A stretch of 60,025 bases of DNA, filler included, from Jimgerdemannia flammicorona (Eukaryota): NCBI GenBank assembly GCA_003990765.1. It is 2 parts of 2 records of this genome, joined end to end, with 100 filler letters (N's around TTAATTAATTAA, not from the genome) between each part and the next. Parts side by side here need not be neighbours in the genome. Positions count along the whole stretch, not along the records: positions 30,065 to 60,025 come from RBNJ01000461.1; 1 more part is not named here. One strand, given 5' to 3'. Below, piece by piece: positions 48,739 through 60,025 of this stretch (the first letter of the stretch is position 1; each line of letters begins with the position of its first letter). The position numbers and the translations under genes were made by a program. Under the pieces are notes generated by a model that did no database searches, was not told where the DNA came from, and saw only the letters and a program-made list of their open reading frames with translations.

Positions 48739-50540
48739 TTATATATGATAATTATAAGAGTACTTTTAATAATATTTGGGAGGAGTAATATATGTATAGA
48801 ATAGGACCAATAAGTGTTAGAGTATTTAGATTTTAGTTGTTCAAAGAATCATATTCCTGAACTAAGTCAGTAGCATTCTGGAGATTGGTTTTGGGTTCTC
48901 ATATTACATTATGGATCAGATAACCTTTTCATTTGACAAGATATTCAGAGTAGTTCTTATGACTGCATTTGTTGAGGATTTGTTCAACTTTGTATTCTTC
49001 TTAGTTATTAATAATAACAGATGCAGGTGGTTTTATAGTTTAGTTCAGGAATAGTATATCATTATTTTCATTATATTACTTGCGATATTGAATATTGAAG
49101 ACTGGGTAAATCTTAATGATATCTGGTAGTACTAATTTGTAAGAAGTTGGAGAGACTTATATGATAACTTTAAATAGTTTAATGAATTTGCTATTTATGT
49201 AGCTTTGTAGAGGATCTGTACTTGAGGCTATCAACTTGACATCCTTTGATATCTAGTAGAATTTTTTCTCTGATGTCAAAAGTTTCTTCTTAGTAGTACT
49301 TATTGATATACTGTGATTGTTGTTCTTGAGCTTGAGATAAATTCTCAATTGTAATCTGGCTTAAGTTGTACTTTTGGAGCAGGAATTCTTCAATAGCTTC
49401 AATAGTAGAGAGTTCATCAGTGGCTCTAATAAGGATCAGAGGGGCGTTTGGGTTTTATTCTATATTGGCAAAGAATGGGGTCATTCTAAGAGAGGCTTAT
49501 TTGCTATTATTATAGGTAAACTTAACTGTAGTAAGGTGTTTATGCCAATTATCTTATCTATAGGAAATATAGTTTCTTAGCATTTGTTCTAGAGTTCAGT
49601 TCATTCTTTCAGTTTGACCATCAGTTTCAGAGTAAAAGACTATAAGTAGTGCAAGTTTCATTCCAAGATATGTATGTAGAGCTTTCTAAAAGTAGCTGGT
49701 AAATTTCAGATCTTAGTCACTAACAATAATCTTGAGAAAACCATAATAGTAGAAGATATTATCAAATAAGAGTGTAGTGATTTCAGATACTATTGTAGTT
49801 GTAACAGTAGATATGAAGTAGGCTTATTTGCTAAGATAGTCTATGAAGATAACAATTGTATCTTTCTCATTCTTGGTTCAGAGTAGTTGTACAATGAGAT
49901 CTATAGATATTTGTTCTTGATTAGCAGATACATAGTACTAGGATAGGATGAAGTAGGCCAGATTTTGCTAGTATTGAGAACTTATTACATTGGTAGGTAT
50001 TATAGAAGGTGATATTGGTCTTTAGCTAATCCATTATACAGAGCTAATAGAAGTTTCAGAAAATAACTTTATAGTATTTATCAAATCCTAAATGTCTAGG
50101 TATAGGAACATCATAACATTCAAATAGGATAGTCCTTTAGAGGTCTCAATTGTTAGGAATATACAATCTGTCCTTATAGTAGATAGTATTGTCCTTCAGT
50201 TGATATTGATGATACTGAGAGTACTCAAGATTTCTCAGAGTACTTAAGCTTTTTTTTATCAGTATATATTATAATAATTTATTCTATAATAGAGTTGGTA
50301 ACCAAGATGAGAGTTTATATAACTTCTTCAATTAGTGGTCTAGAAATTGTATCAATAATAATATTCTCCTTATCAGGAAGATACTGGATTTTATAGTCAA
50401 AATTAGTGAGGACTTTTATCCATCTGACTTACTTTTGAGAAAGGGTAGCCTGAGTCTTGATATTAACTAATGATTTATAATCTGTCAATATAGTAAAGTA
50501 TACTCCTTTAAGATATAATCACTATTTGATCAGGGTGTCT
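48739..50540 (-). mobile_element. Family B pol 3' region: RNase H end, integrase and chromodomain (host of the family A insertion; continues at 38185-38542)
   Basis: FTILTDYKSL..RWIKVL; ETDGQTERMN; EEYKVEQILNK..EYLVK*KGY..*EPKTNLQNATDLVQEY chromodomain. Confidence 0.88.
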
Positions 50541-50566
50541 ACAATAGCTGACATTTCCTTTTTATA

Positions 50567-51458
50567 GATTGTAAGTTTATCAGCAAGGTTGGCAGGATGA
50601 TCAGAGTTGGTAGGGATCCTTGGCTTGAGGTCATATCAGTATCAGAGGAATCATTGCCTTCTGCTTTATTATTATCAAACAAGATTATATTATAGACATC
50701 CTTCATGGTATATCCAACTTGGAGCATTTGCAGAATATAGTTATTGAGATGTGGGAAGGTTCTATCTGTAGTTTGAATATACTTGAGATACTTGTGGTTG
50801 AGTTCTTGTATCATATTATCAATTTGGCCATATAATAATATAGCAACTATCTTAGCAGTAGTAACTCAAAGGCAGGGAATAAAGGAGCTATACTTATAGA
50901 AGAGTTCTTAGTGTTTACAGGTAATGAGTTTCTAGTGCTAGGATATCTGAGTAATGTCAGTATCATAATAGTATTTGATTATATCCTCCAGGAGGCAGCC
51001 AATCTGATAGTAGCTTGAGATTTGTCCAATTCAGTTGGTCTTACTAAGTATGTTCAGAGTATTCCATCAGACTTCCATAAAGTAGAGGGGTGCCAGGCTA
51101 TAGATATTCATAAGAGGCAGAGAGAGTATGGCTCAGTTAACAATGGCATTCCAAATATCAGTGTAGATATAATTGTAGATCTCAGTGGTCATATTTGTAT
51201 ATATATTTAAGAGTTGTGGTTATTTGTTTTGTTTGTTGTAGTTCTCTATTTTGACATATCTGATACTTGGTATATATGCATTCAGTCCTGATTGGTAAGA
51301 TTCCATTTGTATAAATCTTGTGTTCTGTAACTTCAAGTTGACTCTGCTTTGTACACTGTGACTTTTGTTTGACTTAGCTTTGTGATCTTGTATGTGATTT
51401 CCAGATTCATTTAGGGAGTGATATGTGATTTCAGTGGCTTAGAGGTTGTGTGCTTATA
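50567..51458 (-). repeat. Partial family B1 LTR (5' portion with N-terminal half of the LTR ORF)
   Basis: Aligns with ~33325-34238; ends CTTATA. Confidence 0.85.
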
Positions 51459-53971
51459 GATGTTTACTGGACACTCCTCTGTTTCTGAGCACCCCATACT
51501 TTCCCTGCCTCTTCTCAAAAACACTGAGCCTCAGACTTCAGTCTATACTACTAGTCTCTAATACTCAGACCTGCCTCCTTCTATGTTACAATCTGGAACT
51601 AAATCCTTCTCACTCAGGAATTCCACAGATTAGCTTTATCTAACAGAGAGGAGTTCAGATACCAATGTTCAGGCCCCTTCTACTTTCTCCAAACCTCTCT
51701 CTTCCCTGGATACCCTAATGATCTGACCAGGGGCACTATTCTATCTTCACTCTCTTCCAGACCATCTCCCCCCAACACTCAGCAGTCAAAACCCAATCAA
51801 TTATAGAGCCCAGCCCTCCTGTCCAATATGTGTATATCTGATATTCACTACCTTGTAGTCTCACAGTATCCATCAGAACACCAAGCCTCTCAATCTCCTC
51901 TCAGTTCTCCATCCCTCTACTTCTCTCTGATATCCTCCTTCTGCTATCTGTCCTGTCCAGTCTGCAATTCTAGACTATATTAAAGCAGTCCACCCCAGCC
52001 CCCACCAGAGCACCAGAGTTCTACAATACCTATATCTATTCCACTCTGATCCCTCTCTCTGCCAGACAGTAATAAAAAACTACAACTATATTACCCCAGT
52101 CTGGCCTCTACCACAACCTCTACACCAATCTGCTCTCTTAATATCCAATGTCTCCAATGTCCCCCTTCCCCCTTCTGATCAATATTCCCACCTTTTTCTA
52201 CCATATAACTGCCCCTCCCTCACCTTCTCATCCATTCCAATCTATTAACCTCAACCTCATACTATATATTCTGAAGTAGATACATATATATCTGCATCTA
52301 GTTTTCTCAGCCAGTCAAAGATATTATAATATCTCTCTGTTCTGCAAAGCCCATTCACATTTATAGAGAATATGTTGGTTATACTGTTCATATTGAATAA
52401 TGTTATAGAGGTATAGACTCACTCTATAATTTCATACTCACATTCTCTCCTACCATATCTAAGTTCTACTCAGCCTTGACCTCAGCCTCTAATTCCTGCT
52501 GTTCATCCAGAGCCACCAACAACTCTATATAATTCTCTCCATCTATTATTTCTATAAATACATTGTACTCCTCATACACTACCTACCATTTTGCCAGCCC
52601 ATTTCTTGGCCCCCACAGATATACTGCCTGATTATTTACAATATCCAAAAAAGTTGCCTCTTGGGTCACATCTATCTCATACTCTTTCTCTTTTAACAGT
52701 ACTATCATCATCTCATTCCTCAGCTTCCTCACCACTCTCTCACCCTATAGTACTTCTCCCCAGAAGGCCTCACTGATCACTTGAAAGTCTACCTCACCCA
52801 ACTTCTCTACCACTACATTCATCATTGTCTTCTACAGCTACTTCTCACCACCAACTGCCTCCTCTCTCTGCTAACTCCTGCTCTCTAGCTCCCTTGCCCT
52901 CCCCCTTCTCAGTCCTCTCAGATTTGTCTCATCTATTCTCTGATATATCCTACAGCTCCTCCTCTCTAATGCCAGATACTCCATACTAAATTGAAGCATC
53001 CTCTACCATCTCTATATCTGCTGAACTTCTGACCCTTAGTACTCTCCTGGTCTTCTCCTTGCTTCCCTATCCTAGCCCATATGTTAGCCCTCACACCCTC
53101 TTTACTAGCCACCTTGGCTTCCTTCTGGACTCCTCTCAGGCTCATCAATAACTCCTTCTGTACCTTCCTCCCCTGTGCCTTCTCCCAGAGAGCCCAGTCC
53201 ATCTGTATCTTCTTGCTATTGATGATCTCAACTACTGTCCTAGCCTCATACTTCTTCCAAGCCATCTACCTCTTCTTGACTGCTCCTACTGTATCCTCTA
53301 GTACCTCTAGCAGGTCCTTCTCCTCCTCTAGCATTTCTATCATTCTCAATACCTTATATTCCACCAGTCTCCACCTCAGCACTACCAGCTAGTCTCTCTC
53401 TTTCTCAGTATTCTCCTTCTCTATTAGCCTTACCCTAATATCCACATCTCTAGTTCTGAGCTCTGTCTCCTCCCAGACTCGAAATCTAACATCTACAAAC
53501 TCCTTGACTATATCCTCTATCAATTGCCTAGCTCTCTCCATTTTGACAGTTAGCACATTGGCCATCACCAGCTATACCACCTAGGGATCCCAGCACATAC
53601 ACCTCATCATTGGAACCACTACTCCTCTGATCTCTAGCCCTATCTCCAAAGCCCCCAATAATAGCTCCTCTTTCTCAAAGCCTATCTCTACTGACTTGAG
53701 CTTTTTCAAAAACTTCACTGAGGTTACACCTTTTATTTTCTTTGCCAAGAGCCCCAGTACCATCTTTGCTGTCACTATCAGACCCCAGAAGTATATTGTG
53801 ACTGTGAATTTGAATTTCAACTTCTTGAGTAACAGTACTGCTATCAGCTCTGTCACATCTTCAGCAAGATTACTAGGTCTTATACTCTTTCCATAACTCA
53901 GTCTACTATCAGCAGTCTTATTTAGATTTTTTTCCAGATTGCTCATTACACTCTCTTCAGCAGTTACTTCT
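51459..53971 (-). mobile_element. L1/Tx1-like LINE remnant (ORF1 plus AP-endonuclease of ORF2)
   Basis: MNSITNIFSINVNGL..IFDWLRKLDADI at ~52385; VPWSDH; GPEHWYLNSSLL; basic ORF1-like region 53946-52500. Confidence 0.78.
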
Positions 53972-56900
53972 TGTAAGAGGGTTGCTTTTTAGGGTAATCA
54001 TTACATAGTTCTGGAAGAGTTTTCTGGAAGTTCGGGATGTTCTGGAAGATCTTTTTCTTATGGTCAAGATCAATTTCATATGAAGTACATCTTCTATGCT
54101 TATTGATTTCAAGATTAGGTTAATGTCTCAACCAAAGTCCTTTTTCGGACTAGTTCTGGATGTTCAGGATTTTCTGTATTTTAGGAAGTTCAAGAAACTA
54201 AGACCAGCTTAGTTGAATTGGTGTATCACTGCAGACAATACCCAATTAGGAAATTTCATGAGAGGGTTAGGAGTGGGACCTAACAGAGAGTGGATTTACT
54301 TAAGAGTGAGTTGTGGGTTATTAAATAGGTTTATTTGCTATTCATGATATTGCTATACTAGGAGTAGTTGTGTGAAGGAATATTGTGGGGAAGTGCTCAG
54401 GAATTGTGTTCAGATTGTTCAGGTCTGAGATTCTGAGGTCTGGGGGAGGAGGTATTTATACTAGTGAGAGGCTATCTGGACTATGCTAAATATAGATGTA
54501 ACACTTAGTGCCTTGCTGAGTTGGAATGCAGTCATATAGTACAAGAGTGATCTGACATATCAAGAGATCATCTGACTGCTGAGTCAGTTCACAGTCATAT
54601 CATACAAGACTAATCTAACTATACTATGACTGCTAAGCTATTTATAGGTTTAGACACTATCTGGGTAGTCTTCAATGACATCACTATTGATGACATCATC
54701 TCTAGCAAAGTCTGAGCAGTTTTCTGACTTCTGACATCATCAGTTTCAAGATGTTGTCACTTCTATCTCTTGTAAGATTAAGGCTGTCCTTAGTGGCAGT
54801 GGTTGCACAAGGATAACAGGTCTTGGTTTTCTTTTTTTTTTGGTCTGCTGGTATATTTATAAGGACTGGCCATTCTTGTCTAGAGTGAGGGCTCCCAATG
54901 TTGCAGCTGGGGGTTTGAACCTCTTGGAAATGATATTTTCTGTAATCCAAGACAATTTCTAGTAGTAATATCTGTCATATGGATAGCTTGAGATTGGTTT
55001 TGATGATGTTGGCTTTCTTGAGTTCAGATGAAGCATCCATCACTCTCCAACAGAGGTGATACAAATAGAGCAAACGAAGTTGTTCAAATGTATTTTACTT
55101 CTGCTAAGTAATGAGGTCTTGTATAGTCACAGTGTATCTTGGTCTTGAGTTGATAAGTGCAGTTCATGAACCTTTTGATAGATGAGATAGGGTTCTTCTT
55201 ATCTCAATTTGAGTTTGGTACTTTTGGTTTCCTTTTGTAATAATACAGTATACCAAACTAGTTATAGTGGTTTGGAGTCAGTCTTGTGGTTATAGTACTT
55301 CTTCTAGTATTCTTGTATCTTGGCAGTAGGTTCTCGTGCTTGCTGGCGTATTTAATGTAACCAGATGATCTCTTCAGTAACTTATTTTGTAGTCTCATAT
55401 GTGGTTTCTAAATTAGTTCTGAGGATGCTATGCAATTTTGGTGGCTTGGAGGTTGTGTGCTTACAACTCTCTCCTTCTTAGCTTTTGACATCCTCATCAG
55501 GGCCTACTAATTTGTTCTGGTGTTGTTGTACCATTTGGATGGTTCTTGTGGTTGTATTTGTTGAGGATTTGTTCAAATTTGTATTCTTCTTGGTCATTAA
55601 TAATAACAGATACAGGTGGTTCTGTGGTTCGATTCAGAAATGTGTCTTGGGCTTTCTGGAGTAGTGGTCTGACATGGCTGTCAACTTTGGAAAAGTCTTC
55701 TTCAGAGTTCTCAGGTTCTCCTTTGGATAGATAGATGGAGATAGCAAAGAGAGGGCATTTCTTGACCAATTTCTTAAGTTGTAGCTTGTTGATGTAAGTG
55801 ATCTTTGGTCCAGGGTCACTAGAATTGAGTGGGTCCTTTTTGCCTTATAGTTTGAAGTTATGGCATCCTTTCTTGATGGTCAGAGAATTGTTTACCCAAT
55901 CAATCATAGAGTTCTCTTGTTTCAACCATAGGGTTCCAAGGATGATTTCATTATCAGGAAGTGGTACAATCTGGAGGGTAATATGTACTTCGTAGTCTCC
56001 AATTCGGAAGGGTAGGTTGTGGACTTCTCTGCTAATATGTAACATGTGAGGTTCCATCAGCTGTGGCAACTGCTTGAGTTTGTTGTACTGGAGAGGTGAA
56101 GACCTTAAGTCTATTGACTGTTTCTTCATTAATAAAGTTGCCTGAGGCACCACTGTCTATTATAATCTTAACAGGTGCTCAGTTGATAAAAGCTTTAAGT
56201 GTAAGTAGTTTGTCTGATCCAATAGTGGTGATTTCAGTTATAGGAGCTTTCCTTCTATTGGTTCTTCTTTATGCCAGTTCATTGACACAAGAGAAGCAAT
56301 TATCAATTATTCGGGAAGAGTACATTCCAATGCCATGAGGGCATTGGCCACTTGGTATATATCCATCTTTGATCTTCTTGTAGAATTGTTCTTTTTTGCT
56401 CATAGTAGATTGGGCTGAGGTCTTGTTCGATGAGCCAAATCCTTTGGATCCTTGGATGGTAGGTAGTAGTTCAGGGACTTCCTTGACTATCAGGGTTGAC
56501 TCAATTTTTTCAAATAGGATCTGGGCAATGTAGAAACCTATAGGGATCTTGAAGGGTGTCCAACTATGGTTTCGGATGAGGACAATAATTTCACCTGTGT
56601 AATCCTTGTCAATGACTCCTCCTTCTACTAAGAGTTCCTTCAATGCTAGGCTGCTGTAACAGCATATTCTTTCAACATGTCCCTCAGGAATTTGGATACT
56701 GATTCCTGTATAGACTTGCTTGACTTCTCAGTTGGAAACTGTAGCTTCTTCAGCTGCATACAGGTCATATCTGGCTGCTTTTTGACTTTCTTTGATTGGG
56801 GCCTTGGCAGTTTGCCTTAACTTGACAAAGTCTAGTGTTCTGGTGGTCAGATTGTTGAGTGGTGCAGAGTGGTAACAGTTGCTCATGTTGCTGTTTGGGG

Positions 56901-58978
56901 TTTTCAGTTAGGGCAGGCACTGGCCATGTGTCCTGTCTTTCAGCAATAGAAGTATGCTCTGCTTCTTCGAAGTTCATTTCTTTCACCTTTAGTGAGTTTC
57001 TTGAAGATACTTGGCTGGGTGAGTTCATGACTTCTGGGTGTCCAAGAGGTAGATGTAGAGGGAGCTCAGGATGCTTCATACTTGGGTTCTTCTTTCTTGG
57101 TCTAAGTCTTTTCCTTGTTGTTAAATTGTCTTCAGGGCAGAATTGGTCCAGCTGTTAAGATTTGCTTGACCATAGTCTTGATTCTTGCCAGGCACTATTG
57201 TTGGTGATCACAACCAACTGAGCAGCCTTGTTCTCAGATTTTTCTAGTAAGCCATTCAGGCAGGGCATTGAATAAATGGTCTGCTCTTGTACTATTTCAT
57301 GCTTCATCATTGGTGATATATCTTAGGCCAACAGTGTTCAGGAGTGACTCAAGTTTGGTACAGAAGGTTTTGAATTCTTCTTTGCCATGTACATCAAATT
57401 TGAGGTTGTGGAGTTTTACTCAGGATTCAGCAATCATAGTTTTGCTGTAGTATTGAGCAATTATGAGTTGTTTGAGTTCAGGGGCTGCAGGATGGGCTCC
57501 ATATTCTGGGGCATTATTTGCTACATTCTGAGCAACTACTGCAGGTCAGGTATCCCATGTAAGGGGTTTTTCAGGAAGGGTTTGCCACTATTCTTCAGCA
57601 GGTCCTTGGAAGAATGTAACAACTTGGCAGACATAGGCTGTAGTGGTAGCAAAGAGTTGTTCCAGAGTGTGGTCTTGATTGTTTGTCAGAACACAGTCAG
57701 CAACTCGCTCATTGGTCCATTGATTGGCTTCGAAGTTGGTGTTAACTACACTAATGAAGCTTTGGACTTCTTGTGCAGTACTATTGAAGGTAGATAGGCT
57801 CAGATTTTTGGTAGATCAGGTCTGTTTGGCTAAGGCAGTAATAGTTGCTGCCATTATGACTACCTGGGCTGTGAGGTCTAGAATCAGTTAGTTTGCCATA
57901 TTGTTTACTAGAGGCAGTTGGACTACTGGTAGTAGTGTTACTGGTACTACTTGAGGTACTGGTGCAGAGTGTGAGGGTGTTCTTTGGGTCTGTGTAAGTT
58001 GCTGGAGTAGTAGTTGTGGGTCTGGAGTAAGGGCTTGATAGATAGCTGTTTGTTGCTATATAGGTGTATTCTGTCCTGATGGAGGTACTTCTCCTTCACT
58101 GGTGTATCTGGGATCAAATTCACTGAGATACTCCTCCTTCTCTTCAGTTTGGTCCCCATGTAATTGAGTTTGCTCAGCATCAAAGTAGACAGAATCAGTT
58201 GTATATCTGATTTTGGATGGACTTAATTCAAAGTCAAGTTCAGGTTTGGTATTAGTTTCAGATTCAGGTAGAGCTGTAGCAGAGCCTGCTTCGGGTTTGG
58301 GGTTGGGTAGTTGATGAAGGATTTCTCTTGCTTCTTCTTTAAGAATATGATGGGCCTTGCTATTCTGGAATCAGTAGTATAATGTGGTCTTAGTTCTGGT
58401 ATGGTGAAAGTCGGTAGAGTTGAGCTACTTAGCTATAGAGGCTTGAGCTTCATGAGAAACTAAGGCTAGAAAGACTGCTGCTGGTTGTCCTAGGTCGCTC
58501 AGATTTGTGGAGCTGACAAAACTCTTGTTGAGAAGAGTAAAGAAGGCTTCAATAAGACCTTCTTCATCTTGACTTGCTGGGTGTAGAGCAAGAAGTTCAG
58601 TGAATAGGGTTTCACCTATTTGCTGATTTAACTGGAGTATTTCTTTCTTTGAATGAAGTTTGTCCCACTTGTTACAGATATAGAGGTCAAATTGTCCTTA
58701 TACATCAGGTTCAATTCTCTCCAGATTGTCAGATGGTTTAGGATAAATTCTAGTTTAGAGGTTGGGCTTGATACCAACTTGTAGGAATTCGCAGAGGAGT
58801 TTTATAGCTGGGTGAGGAAGTGTCTTGAAGCAGAATTGGATTGTAAACTACTGCTACCAAGTTGTAAGAGAGTTGCTTTTTAGGGTAACTGTTACATAGT
58901 TCTAGAAGGGTTTTCTGGAAGTTCTGAATATTCTGGAAGACTGTTTTCTTATGGTCAAGATCAATTTTGTATAGAGTA

Positions 58979-59056
<78 letters not shown>

Positions 59057-60025
59057 TTATAATAGAGTATGTCCTCTATGCTTATTGATTTCAAGATTGG
59101 GTTGATATCTCAACTAAAGTCCTTTTTCAGACTAGTTCTGGATGTTCAGGATTTTCCATATTTCAGAAAGTTTAAGAAACTAAGACTAGCTTAGTTGAAT
59201 TGGTGTATTACTGCAGACAATACTTAATTAGGAAATTTTATAAGAGAGTTAGGAGTGGGATCTAATGGAGAGCAGATTTACTTAAGAGTGAGTTGTGGGT
59301 TATTAAATAGGTTTATTCACTATTCATGATATTGCTATACTAAGAGTAGTTGTATGAAAGAATATTGTGGGGAAGTGCTCAGGAGTTATGTTCGGATTAT
59401 TTAGGTCTGAGATTCTGAGGTCTAGAGGAGGGAGTATTTATACTAGTGAGGGGCTATCTAGACTATACTAAATATGGATATAGCACTTAGTGCCTTGCTG
59501 AGTTGGAATGCAGTCACATAGTATAAGAGTGATCTGATATATCAAGAGATCATCTGACTGCTGAGTCAGTTCACAGTCATGTTATATAAGGCTAATCTAA
59601 CTATACTATGACTGCTAAGCTATTTATAGGTTTAGACACTGTCTGGGTAGTCTTTGATGACATCACTATTGATGACATCATCTCTGGTAAAGTCTGAGCA
59701 GTTTTCTGACTTCTGACATCATCAGTTTCAAGGTGTCATCACTTCTATCTCTTGTAAGATTAAGGTTATCCTTGGTGGTGGTGGTTGCACAAGGATAACA
59801 GGTCTTGGTTCTCTTTTTTTTTTGGTCTGCTGGCACATTTGTGAGGACTGGCCATTCTCATCTAGGGTGAGGGCTCTCAATGTCATGGCTGGGGGTTCAA
59901 ACCTCTTGAAAATGATATTTTCTATAATCTGAGGCAATTTCTAGTAGTAATATCTGTCACATAGATGACTTGAGATTGGTTTCGATGATATCAGCTTTCT
60001 TGAGTTCAGATGAAGTGTCTTTTTT
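53972..60025 (-). mobile_element. Family B non-autonomous element with variant LTRs (B2): gag-CCHC-dUTPase-CPH-protease-[RT/RH/IN deleted]-partial chromodomain
   Basis: LTRs 53972-55465 and 58863 to window end; PBS ~58849-58859; PPT ~55467-55480; GGVIDKDYTGEI..GFGSS; IIIDSGASGNFI; ILGTLWL..IDW; QEEYKFEQILNK. Confidence 0.92.
58971..59076 (-). mobile_element. Poly(A)-only retrotransposition scar with 15-16-bp TSD inside LTR B2
   Basis: ATAGAGTATGTCCTC (58971-58985) - T69 - ATTTATA - ATAGAGTATGTCCTC (59062-59076); other LTR copies have a single site. Confidence 0.9.

Noticed and set aside
37224..51463. 37229 and 51458 as the two ends of one intact B insertion
   Set aside because: Flanks CAGAT and GATGT do not form a TSD, and the host integrase does not resume after 51458

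Overview
Fungal nuclear DNA with GC-rich, spliced genes and heavily C>T/G>A-mutated transposons. The gene set and style suggest an early-diverging fungus (Mucoromycota, possibly Endogonales); this is inference only. The window is two ~30-kb contigs (1-29964 and 30064-60025) joined by an artificial N44-TTAATTAATTAA-N43 linker. Contig 1 is gene-rich: an F-box-like protein, adenine phosphoribosyltransferase, a degenerate CFA-synthase/sphingolipid C9-methyltransferase-like gene, a small repeat-containing secreted ORF, a decayed TE nest (hAT, LINE, Ty3/gypsy), a 3'-truncated TAP42 gene, an RTA1-like protein, a Zn2Cys6 transcription factor and lipin/PAH1. Its first and last ~138 bp are the same sequence. 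Contig 2 is a nest of retroelements: two dUTPase-carrying Ty3/gypsy families (A on +, full length with 4-bp TSD; B on -, a chromovirus), a Penelope-like RT and an L1/Tx1-like LINE. The most interesting system is in the LTRs. Both families have long LTRs (1.5-2.1 kb) that each contain their own TATA-preceded ORF (~270 and ~365 codons), and the two proteins appear to share a motif. Family B also has an LTR variant in which that ORF is replaced by an integrase GPY/F-like fragment. Both families carry an unrecognised CPH-x12-CxxC module fused to dUTPase, in opposite domain order.
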